From: Nitrosopumilaceae archaeon
Lineage (GTDB): Archaea > Thermoproteota > Nitrososphaeria > Nitrososphaerales > Nitrosopumilaceae
NCBI GenBank assembly: GCA_965209085.1
Contig: OZ242376.1
Span: forward strand, 288,001-352,000
Length of the DNA stretch: 64,000 nucleotides
Reading direction: 5' to 3'
Shown here: positions 1-9,181 of the stretch, one piece after another
Layout: the number at the start of each line of letters is the position of its first letter
Position numbering within the stretch: the stretch's first letter is position 1
The notes under the pieces: model-generated
Seen by the model: the letters and a program-made list of their open reading frames with translations, nothing else
Databases searched by the model: none
Told to the model about the DNA's origin: nothing
Position numbers and translations under genes: made by a program

Positions 1-1226
1 AATCGTTTGAATAAGCTAATCCACATTAAAACTTTCCAACGAATTTTTGCTTCGGGAGATTTTACATCATTTTTATTTGCAACGTATCTCTCCCAAAATG
101 GAACTGAATTAGGATTTTTTAGTATGTCTTGGGGATATTTTTCTAAATTAAAACCTATTATGTGTGCAGCTCTAGGCGAATCTCCACATTCTCTGGCCCA
201 TTTAGAAATATGTTCTTTTGGAATATGATATTTTTCTAATATAGATTCTATTTGTTTATTTGATAATAGTGGTGGAGAAAATTTATTATTCGAATAATCT
301 TCATTAAATTCATTATGAATTGTTATAAGTTTAATTCTAGAACCATGTTGACGAAATTGATTACTAATCCGTTCATATGCCATATCATCACATTCATCGA
401 CAACTAATATCATGTGTTTATTTGTATCATGTTTAATCGAACGACTAAAATCGTTATAATCTAGATCGTCAGGTGTTTCAAAATATAATACTAATGGGGC
501 TATATCATCAGATCTTGTTGTTTCTAAAATTATCCGTGTTTTTCCCGCACCGGGTTCTTCAATAACACGAATATTGGTAGATTGGCTCCAATTTCTTAGC
601 TGATCTTGGATATTATTCATATAAACAATTTGTTTTTCATCCTTAATGAATTCTTGACGGAAGTCATTATTTTTGGACCATGTTTCATGTGTTATGAAAT
701 TTGATTTTATATTTTTTATATCTACGATTAATGATGGAAAATGATTTAAAAAGCTGACGATTGTGTTTTTTTTCCAAATTTCTATATTTGGTTTTGTGTC
801 GGTTATGGACACATTTTGTAACGCATCATAAAATTTCTTTAATAATTCATTATTATGAGTTTCTGGTTTATCATATCCGGTTAGTATAAGGATCAATGTG
901 TTATTGTTGTCAAAACACATTTTAATTTTTGGCTTTAATTTTCCTTTGCTGTTAAATAAAATTTCTTTAATAATTAAATTTTTGCCAGATTTGACTTGAT
1001 AATACGTTGTACCTTTTTTTATAAGGCCATATTTACTATTTCTATCCGCATTAACAACCTCTGCATCAATTCCTCCATCTGAATCATTAATTTCACTTGG
1101 TATGTTTATATTGGTTGAAGGGATTTCAGATATGCTAGCATCTGTCCAAAGCATCTTATGTAATAATTCTACAGATCTTGTTGGATCTAGTTGTGTTAAT
1201 TCGTCTACTAATATCTCAAACATCAT
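1..1226 (-). CDS. PD-(D/E)xK (Mrr-like) nuclease-STAND NTPase fusion, Avs/NLR-like defence protein (runs off the left edge)
   Basis: Manual translation from ATG 1226 stays open for about 408 codons to the window edge: MMFEILVDEL...DSDGGIDAEV...YYQVKSG (nuclease motif), IRVIEEPGAGKTR (Walker A), MILVVDEC (Walker B), CGDSP (STAND GxP-like motif). Absent from the ORF track because its stop is outside the window. Confidence 0.8.
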   Translation of the reverse strand, partial: MMFEILVDELTQLDPTRSVELLHKMLWTDASISEIPSTNINIPSEINDSDGGIDAEVVNADRNSKYGLIKKGTTYYQVKSGKNLIIKEILFNSKGKLKPKIKMCFDNNNTLILILTGYDKPETHNNELLKKFYDALQNVSITDTKPNIEIWKKNTIVSFLNHFPSLIVDIKNIKSNFITHETWSKNNDFRQEFIKDEKQIVYMNNIQDQLRNWSQSTNIRVIEEPGAGKTRIILETTRSDDIAPLVLYFETPDDLDYNDFSRSIKHDTNKHMILVVDECDDMAYERISNQFRQHGSRIKLITIHNEFNEDYSNNKFSPPLLSNKQIESILEKYHIPKEHISKWARECGDSPRAAHIIGFNLEKYPQDILKNPNSVPFWERYVANKNDVKSPEAKIRWKVLMWISLFKR

Positions 1227-1429
1227 ATTAAATTAATTTTGCTATTATATATTAGACACTATACTGACACGTAAAAGTAACTGCAATTTATGACTCTGCA
1301 CAATGTTACCGCAAGATATTTTGATCACATCGTGTATGAATCAATCATGAACAAAGAACATCAAGAACTGTACAATGCAAGCAGGCATGTCAAAGATGGT
1401 AGAGATCGAGAAAATACATTTTGTAAGCA

Positions 1430-2334
1430 TGGATGATCCTCTCTTTTTTGCAAGACATCGGTAAAATTCAGAAATGTTACTCTCTGATGTAAATCAGACA
1501 TGAGTGATAACCGATTCCACCAGTGCCCACCACACCATCTGGCTTTCCTCTTTTTGTTATATGTCCGTGATGGACCACATCTGCTGAACTGCGAACCTAT
1601 GGGGCAAGACTCACATATGATTTGAATTGTTTTAGTTCAGAAAACCTCTCAACTCCATCAATCTCTGCTGTCAGTATCAATGAAATAAAATCACCTATGC
1701 CAGGTATTGTCTTGAGCAACATTGCATCCTTGTTTGAACAGGATGCGTTGTGTATTTATGTTTGAATCCGCAATTTTTGTATTAATAATCCAATAGAATC
1801 CAAATATCCATTTATACGATAATCCTTGAGAACGCAGTTTTTTATTGTGTGCAAGCGTAAATGTTGCTCCAAAGATCTCTATCCCTCCCTGTAACAAAAT
1901 TCCATGCATTTTGTTTTTTTTAGAATTGTTCTTGTCTTGACAAGACTGTAGCGATATCGTACAAGTTGTCGTTGTTCCATTATGTCCTTGTTTGAGACAT
2001 GACAGAGGGATATGTATCCACAACGTAATAGGTCTGCAAGTGTTATAGCATCTCTTTTGTCAGTTTTTTTCTTGGATGCGGCGATGATTTTTGTAGCCCA
2101 TGGATTTGACAATACGACATCATAACCCATTTTATCTGTTATGTATCGATATAATCCGTACCATATGGATGAAGATTCCATGACGATTTTTGCATTTTCA
2201 GGTACGCTTGATCTGAAGAATCATCAGATAGACTTGTTTTCATTTTCAATCCTCTCATTAAAAACCACTTTGGCTTTTTTATCCATCATTGCAAATTGAA
2301 GAAATTTCTTGTGGACGTCCATTCCAACAAACAT
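1430..2334 (-). pseudogene. IS110-family transposase/recombinase pseudogene
   Basis: MFVGMDVHKK, IVMESS and KKKTDKRDA (DEDD domain); LLKTIPGIG...AEIDGVERF...SYVSLAP*VRSS...GHITKRG (Transposase_20). Stops at 2221-2226, 1597-1599 and 1494-1496, plus frameshifts. Confidence 0.9.
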
Positions 2335-2577
2335 ATCCTTCCTAGAATATCGGGTAATCTGTTTGTTTACATTTGGATCTTTTTTAGATGATTTACGTCT
2401 CGGCAATACGGATCGTTTGACATTCTGACAACCATCTGTGGTCTTAGAAGCTCTCTTCACATATGGTTATGCATAATGAGTCAAATTCCCAATTTTTACG
2501 AATAAAAATGACAGATTTGAACGATTATGCATACGGTCTAATAAAGATAAAAATATGACAATTAATTAAAAATATCT

Positions 2578-3450
2578 ATGAATAATAATATAGCCATAAT
2601 ATGCGATTGTGATGAAACACTAGCTGATGATACAACTAGTACTCTTATAAAAGAAAATGATATTGATGTAAAGGACTTTTGGAATGGCATAAATAAAAAT
2701 TTTGTAGAAAAAGGCTGGGATCCTCCTCAAGCATATATGAGTGAAATTTTAAGATATATGATAAATAAACAAATTAAACAAAATACACCTGAGAAGATGA
2801 AATGTTTTGGAGAAACGATCAAACCATATCGTGGGGTTGATAATTTTATGAAAGAATTAAAAGATATGATATCGGATAATTCTAGATGTATAAAAGCAGG
2901 CATTAATTTGAAAGGATATATTATTTCATCTGGTATTGAAGATTTGATAAGAGGTTGTAGTTTTGCTAATAAAGAACAATTTGAAGACATATTTGCATGT
3001 AATTATAATTGTGATGAAAATGGAATATATGATTCAATAAAAAATATAACGACATTTACAGAAAAAACAAAATTTCTTTATGCAATTAATAAAGGTATAA
3101 ACGGTAAAAGTTTAAGAAAATACCCATATTTAGTAAATGGCACAATTGAAAAAAAATCTAGAATACTCCCATTTGAAAATATGATCTATATTGGGGATGG
3201 ATCTGGAGACATACCCTGTTTTTCCGCTGTTCAATCTAATGGAGGTCATTGTATTGGAATATTTAATCCAGATAATATGAATGATGATCAAAATCAAATC
3301 ACCAGTACAAGAATTCGAAAAAAAGCATATGAATTATCATATGGAGGAAGAACAAATCATGGAAATTACTCTAATAATTTTTGTGAGAACAGTGATTTAC
3401 GATTAAATTTAGACATAATAATACACGAGATCACTGATCGTATATTATAA
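2578..3450 (+). CDS. HAD-superfamily hydrolase/phosphatase
   Basis: Motif I DCDETL, motif II IISSG, conserved Lys in TEKT, motif IV YIGDGSGD; AT-rich. Confidence 0.85.
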   Translation: MNNNIAIICDCDETLADDTTSTLIKENDIDVKDFWNGINKNFVEKGWDPPQAYMSEILRYMINKQIKQNTPEKMKCFGETIKPYRGVDNFMKELKDMISDNSRCIKAGINLKGYIISSGIEDLIRGCSFANKEQFEDIFACNYNCDENGIYDSIKNITTFTEKTKFLYAINKGINGKSLRKYPYLVNGTIEKKSRILPFENMIYIGDGSGDIPCFSAVQSNGGHCIGIFNPDNMNDDQNQITSTRIRKKAYELSYGGRTNHGNYSNNFCENSDLRLNLDIIIHEITDRIL

Positions 3451-3554
3451 TATAAAATCGTGAAGTGGAATGGATGTCACATTTGCTAGATGGAGGGAAT
3501 TATTTCTCATAACAGGCAGAATCGCATTTTCTAACAAATCCACAGACAATTGGA

Positions 3555-3648
3555 ATGTAGTATAGCCGCGAAGCGTCTCATTGCTCTGTATGGATTAGAT
3601 GAAATTCTCATACGCAGTACCTGTCATATCTTCTATTTTTATATCCAT
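3555..3648 (-). pseudogene. Probable N-terminal stub of a tyrosine integrase
   Basis: MDIKIEDMTGTAYENFI*SIQSNETLRGY, co-oriented with and about 45 bp downstream of tRNA-Lys; resembles thaumarchaeal integrase N-termini from recall; in-frame TAA at 3595-3597. Confidence 0.45.
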
Positions 3649-3691
3649 GCTGTATATGCGGTGTGGGCCTTTATTTGTCATCAAAATATAG

Positions 3692-3765
3692 CGGGTCTAG
3701 TGGGATTCGAACCCACGACAGCCGGATTAAAAGTCCGGTGCGCTACCTGGCTGCGCTATAGACCC
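3692..3765 (-). tRNA. tRNA-Lys(UUU)
   Basis: Cloverleaf GGGTCTA...CCGGA-CTTTTAA-TCCGG...GGTTCGAATCC...TAGACCCG. Confidence 0.97.
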
Positions 3766-3861
3766 ATATTTGCACAAACCCTATATCGCATAATTTAGTC
3801 TTTATAGACGGCATAAAAATTCCGTAATGCTTTAATCGGACATACTGCCGATTGAAAATTA

Positions 3862-3939
3862 GCCCTTGTAGTATAGCCTGGTCTAGAATTCGGCCCTGTC
3901 ACGGCTGAGACGCGTGTTCAAATCCCGCCGAGGGCGCCA
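3862..3939 (+). tRNA. tRNA-Asp(GUC)
   Basis: GCCCTTG...CGGCC-CTGTCAC-GGCTG...TTCAAAT...CGAGGGCG-CCA. Confidence 0.95.
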
Positions 3940-3951
3940 CTCTTTTCAAAC

Positions 3952-4749
3952 CTACCTTATATCTTTGACAATCTCATCTAGCATCTTTTCACTTGAAGCT
4001 GCCAAAAACGAGAGCCTTGTGGAATATTCCAAATCCGAATCCAAAGGTTTCAATTTCTCATCCAGTATTATCCCGCCGGCCTCTTTTACGAGAATATACC
4101 CCGCAGCAATATCCTGTATGCGTATCTTGCCGCGCAAATCCACCATCGCATCCATCAGACCGCGGGAAAACAGCGCCATCTCTAATGCGTTTGCACCAAA
4201 GTGGCGCAGATGATTGTAACTCTCAAAGAGCGGCTGCAACCTTGATAACAGTGCAGCATCAGCTCCGGAAATATTTAATCCAAGAATATTGTACAGCGGC
4301 TTTCCAGAATACACATGTATGGGTGAATCATTTAGAAAAGCACCTTTGTCTTTTGCTGCCCAATACACATCACCGTTTGTGAGATCACATACCACACCGG
4401 CAGATACTGTAGATAATTTATTTTCTCTAGCATAAGCTAGAGAGCAGCAAAAAAACGGCACGCCCCGTACGGCATTGGTTGATCCGTCTATTGCATCCAT
4501 TATTAAAAATCCCCCAGGTTCTCCTCCAAGCTCAATCCTACCGCACTCTTCGCCCAGTATTGTACATCCAAAACCTTTCTCCTTTACATAATCAATTACG
4601 GTTTTCTCCGCCACAACGTCTATGTTTCTTGAAATATCGCCGCCTGCACCAATACCAAAATCGCCTCCGGCCTCGTCAGTACCTGCCATGTTCTTTACTG
4701 CCTTGTACACAAGATTCGATGCCTCCCTTAACAGATCCTCTATTTCCAT
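3952..4749 (-). CDS. Inositol monophosphatase / FBPase family protein
   Basis: GEE, DAIDGSTN and DIAAGY motifs. Confidence 0.92.
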   Translation of the reverse strand: MEIEDLLREASNLVYKAVKNMAGTDEAGGDFGIGAGGDISRNIDVVAEKTVIDYVKEKGFGCTILGEECGRIELGGEPGGFLIMDAIDGSTNAVRGVPFFCCSLAYARENKLSTVSAGVVCDLTNGDVYWAAKDKGAFLNDSPIHVYSGKPLYNILGLNISGADAALLSRLQPLFESYNHLRHFGANALEMALFSRGLMDAMVDLRGKIRIQDIAAGYILVKEAGGIILDEKLKPLDSDLEYSTRLSFLAASSEKMLDEIVKDIR

Positions 4750-4825
4750 GAAAAATCATACAGGCGCACCAATTTAAGTCAAATTTTGTATAAACCATTA
4801 ATAATAAAACATCCCCTGTCCGCAT

Positions 4826-5947
4826 ATGAGCGGCAAGGATTCATCCCTAGTAAGCAAAGAGGCCCTCATGGGAACCAAACCAGGCAAGAAGATAATCAAA
4901 CAGGGACTCTTCAAATCCAAAGGATACCGCATGTTCTCAAAGTACAAGATGGAAGCTGAAAAAGAGCTGCCAAACCTTGCAAAAAGATTTGCCAAACAGA
5001 TGCATGCTGCGATCAAGGCAGATGGTGCGCCAGCTGACACGCTAAAGGCGTTTGTGGCAGAAACCGGAGAGATGGAGATGGATTTACAGCCATCAATGAT
5101 AGAAAAAGTCAAGGCAAATCTGAACGATCCACAGATATTGCAGGATCGTATCATGCGCATACTTGATTCAAATTTTGTAAAAATGACATATCCTGTGTTT
5201 AACGCCCTATATGATGCAGCAGCTGCACACGATGGCCGTGACTCCTCGCTGAGACAGGACATGGTGGAGGGGCATATACTGGCAATCGATTTGAGTGAGC
5301 CGATGGACCGCATCGTGGACAAGGATGAGGATTTGGAATATCTTGACGATTACAGACTGATGAATCCGTACATTTTGCAGATTGCTAGAGAAAAAATAAA
5401 ACGCGGAGGCGAGCACGTACTAGAAGAATTTGAAAATGGGTTTGCACAGGCTCGGATGGGACAGGACATGGATACTGCATTAAAACAAAGGCCGGATAAA
5501 ATAACAAAAGAAGAGATGAGCGAATCATACAAGAAATACCGTTCTGTAATGGGAACTGCGGGACGCAACATGGCGCTTGCAAAAAATCCGCTGGGTGAGA
5601 TATTTTATTCTGGAATGGCGCACGCAGCTGAAGGCGTAGGGTGCGGAAACGAGATGGAGGATTCCCTAAAGCACGGGTTCATCAAAGTGCCCTCCTGGCC
5701 CTTGTACTATACCTTTTGCGCACAAAATGTGGAAAAAGGATTTGAATTGACAATGGAAAAAAGCGATCTGTATCTGAATGAGGCAAGACTTGCAATTGAA
5801 GCTGTGCCGAAAAATTTCACACACACGGATTTTCTAAACTTTCTCTTTCTTTCAGTGGAACACTATAACCGATACTGGTACAACCGCATTACAAAGGCGT
5901 CCGTTTGGAAGAGATTTGAATCAAACCTTCCGGTGAGCCTTCAATGA
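4826..5947 (+). CDS. Conserved thaumarchaeal hypothetical protein (helical)
   Basis: 373-aa ORF with backbone composition, coupled to the RFC gene. Confidence 0.8.
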   Translation: MSGKDSSLVSKEALMGTKPGKKIIKQGLFKSKGYRMFSKYKMEAEKELPNLAKRFAKQMHAAIKADGAPADTLKAFVAETGEMEMDLQPSMIEKVKANLNDPQILQDRIMRILDSNFVKMTYPVFNALYDAAAAHDGRDSSLRQDMVEGHILAIDLSEPMDRIVDKDEDLEYLDDYRLMNPYILQIAREKIKRGGEHVLEEFENGFAQARMGQDMDTALKQRPDKITKEEMSESYKKYRSVMGTAGRNMALAKNPLGEIFYSGMAHAAEGVGCGNEMEDSLKHGFIKVPSWPLYYTFCAQNVEKGFELTMEKSDLYLNEARLAIEAVPKNFTHTDFLNFLFLSVEHYNRYWYNRITKASVWKRFESNLPVSLQ

Positions 5948-7104
5948 TGTGGTCTGAGACATACAGGCCAAAAGGCATAGCATACATGGTGGGCAATGAG
6001 GAGGCGCGCGCCACACTTGTGGAATGGTTTACAAAATGGAAAAAAGGACTGAAACCTGTTCTCTTGGTTGGTCCGCCCGGAGTGGGCAAGACTACTGCTG
6101 CCATTCTTGCTGCAAATTCGTTTGGGTATGATATTGTGGGATTAAATGCTAGCGATATGAGAAACAAGGCCGGAATACATGATACGCTATACCCGATACT
6201 TGGAAATTTGAGCGTGAGGGGAACTCCGATGATATTCGTTGATGAGGTGGACGGCATACACGGACGCAACGATTTTGGAGGGGCAGAAGCTTTGCTCAAG
6301 ATACTCAAAGAGCCCACAATCCCGATTATTCTTGCGGCAAATTCTGCATCTAGTAAAAAAATGAAAAGCATAGCCAAAGCATGCAAAGTCATAAAGTTTA
6401 ATCCCTTATCCCCAAGACTGCTTCGGATGTATTTGCAAAACGTCCTAAAAATCGAAGGTGCAACGCTAGATACGCAAAGCATAATGCACGTTTTATCCTC
6501 CTCCAACGGGGACATGCGCTCCATGATGAATATGGCGCAGGCGTTTGTGGGCGGATTTTTACCTGACACTGAAAAACCTTTCATCACGCTTGATGCGCAG
6601 ACGGGCGTGGAGATGTTTTTCAAATCAAAGACAAAACAGGATGCGCGCCATATACTGGGCCGTATGAGGATGGATCCGTTTGAGAAAATATCCTCATTTT
6701 ATTCAAGCATAATAACAAGCGGTGCAAAACCTGTACAAATGGCTCGCATGATGGACGTACTCTCAAGGGCAGATGTACTGTACGGACGCATAATGTCAAC
6801 GCAACAGTGGAGACTGCTGCGCTATTTGGATGCAATTTTACTTGATTTGTTTGAGGTAAATTCCGGTATTTCATACAAACAGTACAATCTTCCATGGCCG
6901 CTGTTAAACCGGCTGCGCTGGGAGGGAAGATCGTTTGCAAAGATAAATGCCGAGATTGGATCAATGGTGCACGCATCAAAGAGCGCAATTGCTGCAATCT
7001 TTTTACCGTATTTTCTTATCTGCATTCGCAATGGTTCGATGAATCTGCAGCTATACAAGGAAGGATCAAATGAGGCCCTGCAAAAAGAGGTTGAGAGAAA
7101 ATGA
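5944..7104 (+). CDS. rfcL: Replication factor C large subunit (AAA+)
   Basis: WSETYRP, GPPGVGKT, LNASD, DEVDG and GDMR motifs. Confidence 0.93.
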   Translation: MMWSETYRPKGIAYMVGNEEARATLVEWFTKWKKGLKPVLLVGPPGVGKTTAAILAANSFGYDIVGLNASDMRNKAGIHDTLYPILGNLSVRGTPMIFVDEVDGIHGRNDFGGAEALLKILKEPTIPIILAANSASSKKMKSIAKACKVIKFNPLSPRLLRMYLQNVLKIEGATLDTQSIMHVLSSSNGDMRSMMNMAQAFVGGFLPDTEKPFITLDAQTGVEMFFKSKTKQDARHILGRMRMDPFEKISSFYSSIITSGAKPVQMARMMDVLSRADVLYGRIMSTQQWRLLRYLDAILLDLFEVNSGISYKQYNLPWPLLNRLRWEGRSFAKINAEIGSMVHASKSAIAAIFLPYFLICIRNGSMNLQLYKEGSNEALQKEVERK

Positions 7105-7418
7105 GCTGGATAAAAATGACAATGAAATTTGCAGGCAAATGTACAGTATGCGGCAAAACTGTAGATGCGGGCAAGACCGGATTTTGGGCGCAAGGTATTG
7201 GGGTAAAACACGAAGAGTGCGCGCAGACAAAGGATCTTGAATGCATGGTTTGTGGCTCTTCTACAGGCTGTCCTTCCTGCGAATTTGCGGATTTTTGCGA
7301 TCCAAATCTAGTATCACAAAAATGCATCTGTACAAAATGCTCAAATTCTGAAGATCCGCTTTTATCGTACCTGAACCGCGCATCGAGGCAGTTTCCGGTG
7401 CTAAATCTTAAAATTTAA
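7101..7418 (+). CDS. Small Cys-rich zinc-binding protein
   Basis: Several CxxC pairs; ATGA overlap with rfcL. Confidence 0.75.
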   Translation: MSWIKMTMKFAGKCTVCGKTVDAGKTGFWAQGIGVKHEECAQTKDLECMVCGSSTGCPSCEFADFCDPNLVSQKCICTKCSNSEDPLLSYLNRASRQFPVLNLKI

Positions 7419-7425
7419 CCAAATA

Positions 7426-7851
7426 ATGCCTTTGAACATAATGTCAAAAGATGAGGCTGCAGCGGGAAAGAAAATTATTGATGCACCAACAGAAAAGGCA
7501 CCTGATGCTGCCTCTAATGCCGTGGAAAAGGTAGAGCCAAAGCCAAAAGAATACACTCCAGAAGAGATTGAATCCATTGCCAATAAAGTGGAGGTGCCAG
7601 GAGATCAGACGCCGCCGTACAATCCAAAATTTATACTCTCAAAGGAATTTGAAGGCACGTCAAGTTATGAACACGGCATAAAGACGGTAAAGACTGAGCT
7701 TCAAAAAACAATTGATACTGAACAGGATCCGGTAAATTTGAAGAGGGCAAAAGAAGAGATGCGCAAATTGGACTATCTTTATCAGAATTTTAACATCGGC
7801 ATGAACGTCTTTAGAACCTCCAAAGGCGGCAGGGACAAACTGCGGGTTTAA
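7426..7851 (+). CDS. Hypothetical protein
   Basis: 141-aa ORF following the operon; acidic/Pro-rich N-terminus and helical C-terminus. Confidence 0.7.
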   Translation: MPLNIMSKDEAAAGKKIIDAPTEKAPDAASNAVEKVEPKPKEYTPEEIESIANKVEVPGDQTPPYNPKFILSKEFEGTSSYEHGIKTVKTELQKTIDTEQDPVNLKRAKEEMRKLDYLYQNFNIGMNVFRTSKGGRDKLRV

Positions 7852-7920
7852 CTGCGGATTTTAAAACCCTCACTGCCATATGTTGGATAATTTTAAATAA
7901 TTGTACGTACAATATATGAC

Positions 7921-7998
7921 ATGGCTGGAAAAAAAGGCAAAGGCGGAAAACCCAGTAAAACGGGCAGACCGTCTGGAAAAGGCAGAGACAACGACTAG
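7921..7998 (+). CDS. Candidate 25-aa Gly/Lys-rich micropeptide MAGKKGKGGKPSKTGRPSGKGRDND
   Basis: Clean ATG-TAG ORF; TATA-like TTTAAATA at 7892-7899 at leaderless spacing. Confidence 0.55.
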   Translation: MAGKKGKGGKPSKTGRPSGKGRDND

Positions 7999-8049
7999 TG
8001 CCGGATATTTTACCAAACTTTTTTTAACGCACATACACTAGGTGACGTA

Positions 8050-8934
8050 TTGGATTTTAAAACACTGGAGCATTTTATAAAGAAAAAAATGAAAATGACC
8101 CACATCTATCAGCCTCTAATGATAAGGACGCTTTTGACGTCAAATAATACGGCCACAGTTGAGGATATTGCACGGGTGTTTGTGAACAGCGATCCTTCCC
8201 AATTGGAATATTACAAACAGATAACAAAACGCTGGCCGCACATTACCTTGAAAAAACACAGCATCATTAGCTATGAAAAAGGAACGTACACACTGCTTGC
8301 CGAAAACATGACGAAAAAACAAAAACGAATGCTTGTCGAGCTGTGTAATTTGCGGCTAGAGGAATTTATCGACAAAGATCCGGCCATAAAACTGGCACAC
8401 GAGATGGACGACAGAAGCGTTTCTGGAAGCATGAAGTATGATGTATTGGCAAAGACAAAAGGAATATGCGCCGCATGCGGCGTAAAAGCCTCTTCAGGTT
8501 ATCCGATGCACATTGATCACATAATTCCAGCAAGCCGTGGAGGGAAATCTGTACTTGAAAACTTGCAGCCTCTTTGCTACAAATGTAATACTGGAAAAAG
8601 AGACAGGGACGATACGGATTTTCTAAAATGGCACAACCAGTTAAAATTCAGAAATGAAAAATGCAAACTGTGCGCTCCTGCCGGACCGATAAAAGAAAAC
8701 ATAATGGCGTACGCCCTTGACACCTCCAAATCAACCACGTTGATAACTCCGAAAAGGCACGTTGGCAGCTTTATCGAACTTTTTCCCTCTGAGAGGCACC
8801 TGTGCTTTGAATTGGTGGATTCTGTACAGTCAGCCGTTCGGGAACGTAACAAGTCTGCCAAATTTGACGTGCATTTTGATTCAAATTACAACGCGGCCCA
8901 AAAACATTATTCCATAATACTGCGCCAAATCTGA
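8050..8934 (+). CDS. HNH endonuclease with N-terminal helical domain and C-terminal degenerate HIT-like domain
   Basis: CAAC...HIDHIIPASRGG...NLQPLCYKCN (HNH); CKLC...EN.MAYA...TLITPKRHV (HIT fold) without the HxHxH triad. Confidence 0.88.
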   Translation: MDFKTLEHFIKKKMKMTHIYQPLMIRTLLTSNNTATVEDIARVFVNSDPSQLEYYKQITKRWPHITLKKHSIISYEKGTYTLLAENMTKKQKRMLVELCNLRLEEFIDKDPAIKLAHEMDDRSVSGSMKYDVLAKTKGICAACGVKASSGYPMHIDHIIPASRGGKSVLENLQPLCYKCNTGKRDRDDTDFLKWHNQLKFRNEKCKLCAPAGPIKENIMAYALDTSKSTTLITPKRHVGSFIELFPSERHLCFELVDSVQSAVRERNKSAKFDVHFDSNYNAAQKHYSIILRQI

Positions 8935-9181
8935 CGTTTTTGATCAAAGTACTGTGACAGTTGGTGAAAAAATATGTTGCACCATATATGAAATCATCAC
9001 GTAAAATATTTGGCAAAGATGATGTGAATTAATGATAAAACTCTAAGAGGCATCTAAAATTAAGATTGATGGATTAAATGAATGACCGATGTTGATAAAG
9101 AACGCAAGTTTGCATACATATGAATAAATGGTTATATGTAATACCTACGATTAATGATGTGTATGAAATGGGGTTTTATCG

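Larger units (their letters stand above)
1..3690. mobile_element. AT-rich decayed integrated island abutting the tRNA-Lys 3' end (left boundary outside the window)
   Basis: Sharp shift to AT-rich sequence left of about 3690; carries an IS remnant, a defence-like gene and a probable integrase stub next to the tRNA 3' end. Confidence 0.7.

Noticed and set aside
1290-1436. 48-codon plus-strand ORF between the Avs-like gene and IS110
   Set aside because: No recognisable motif; probably a fragment at a deletion junction.
3550-4213. Track ORFs 3550-3798 and 3914-4213
   Set aside because: They overlap tRNAs or the IMPase gene and are spurious.
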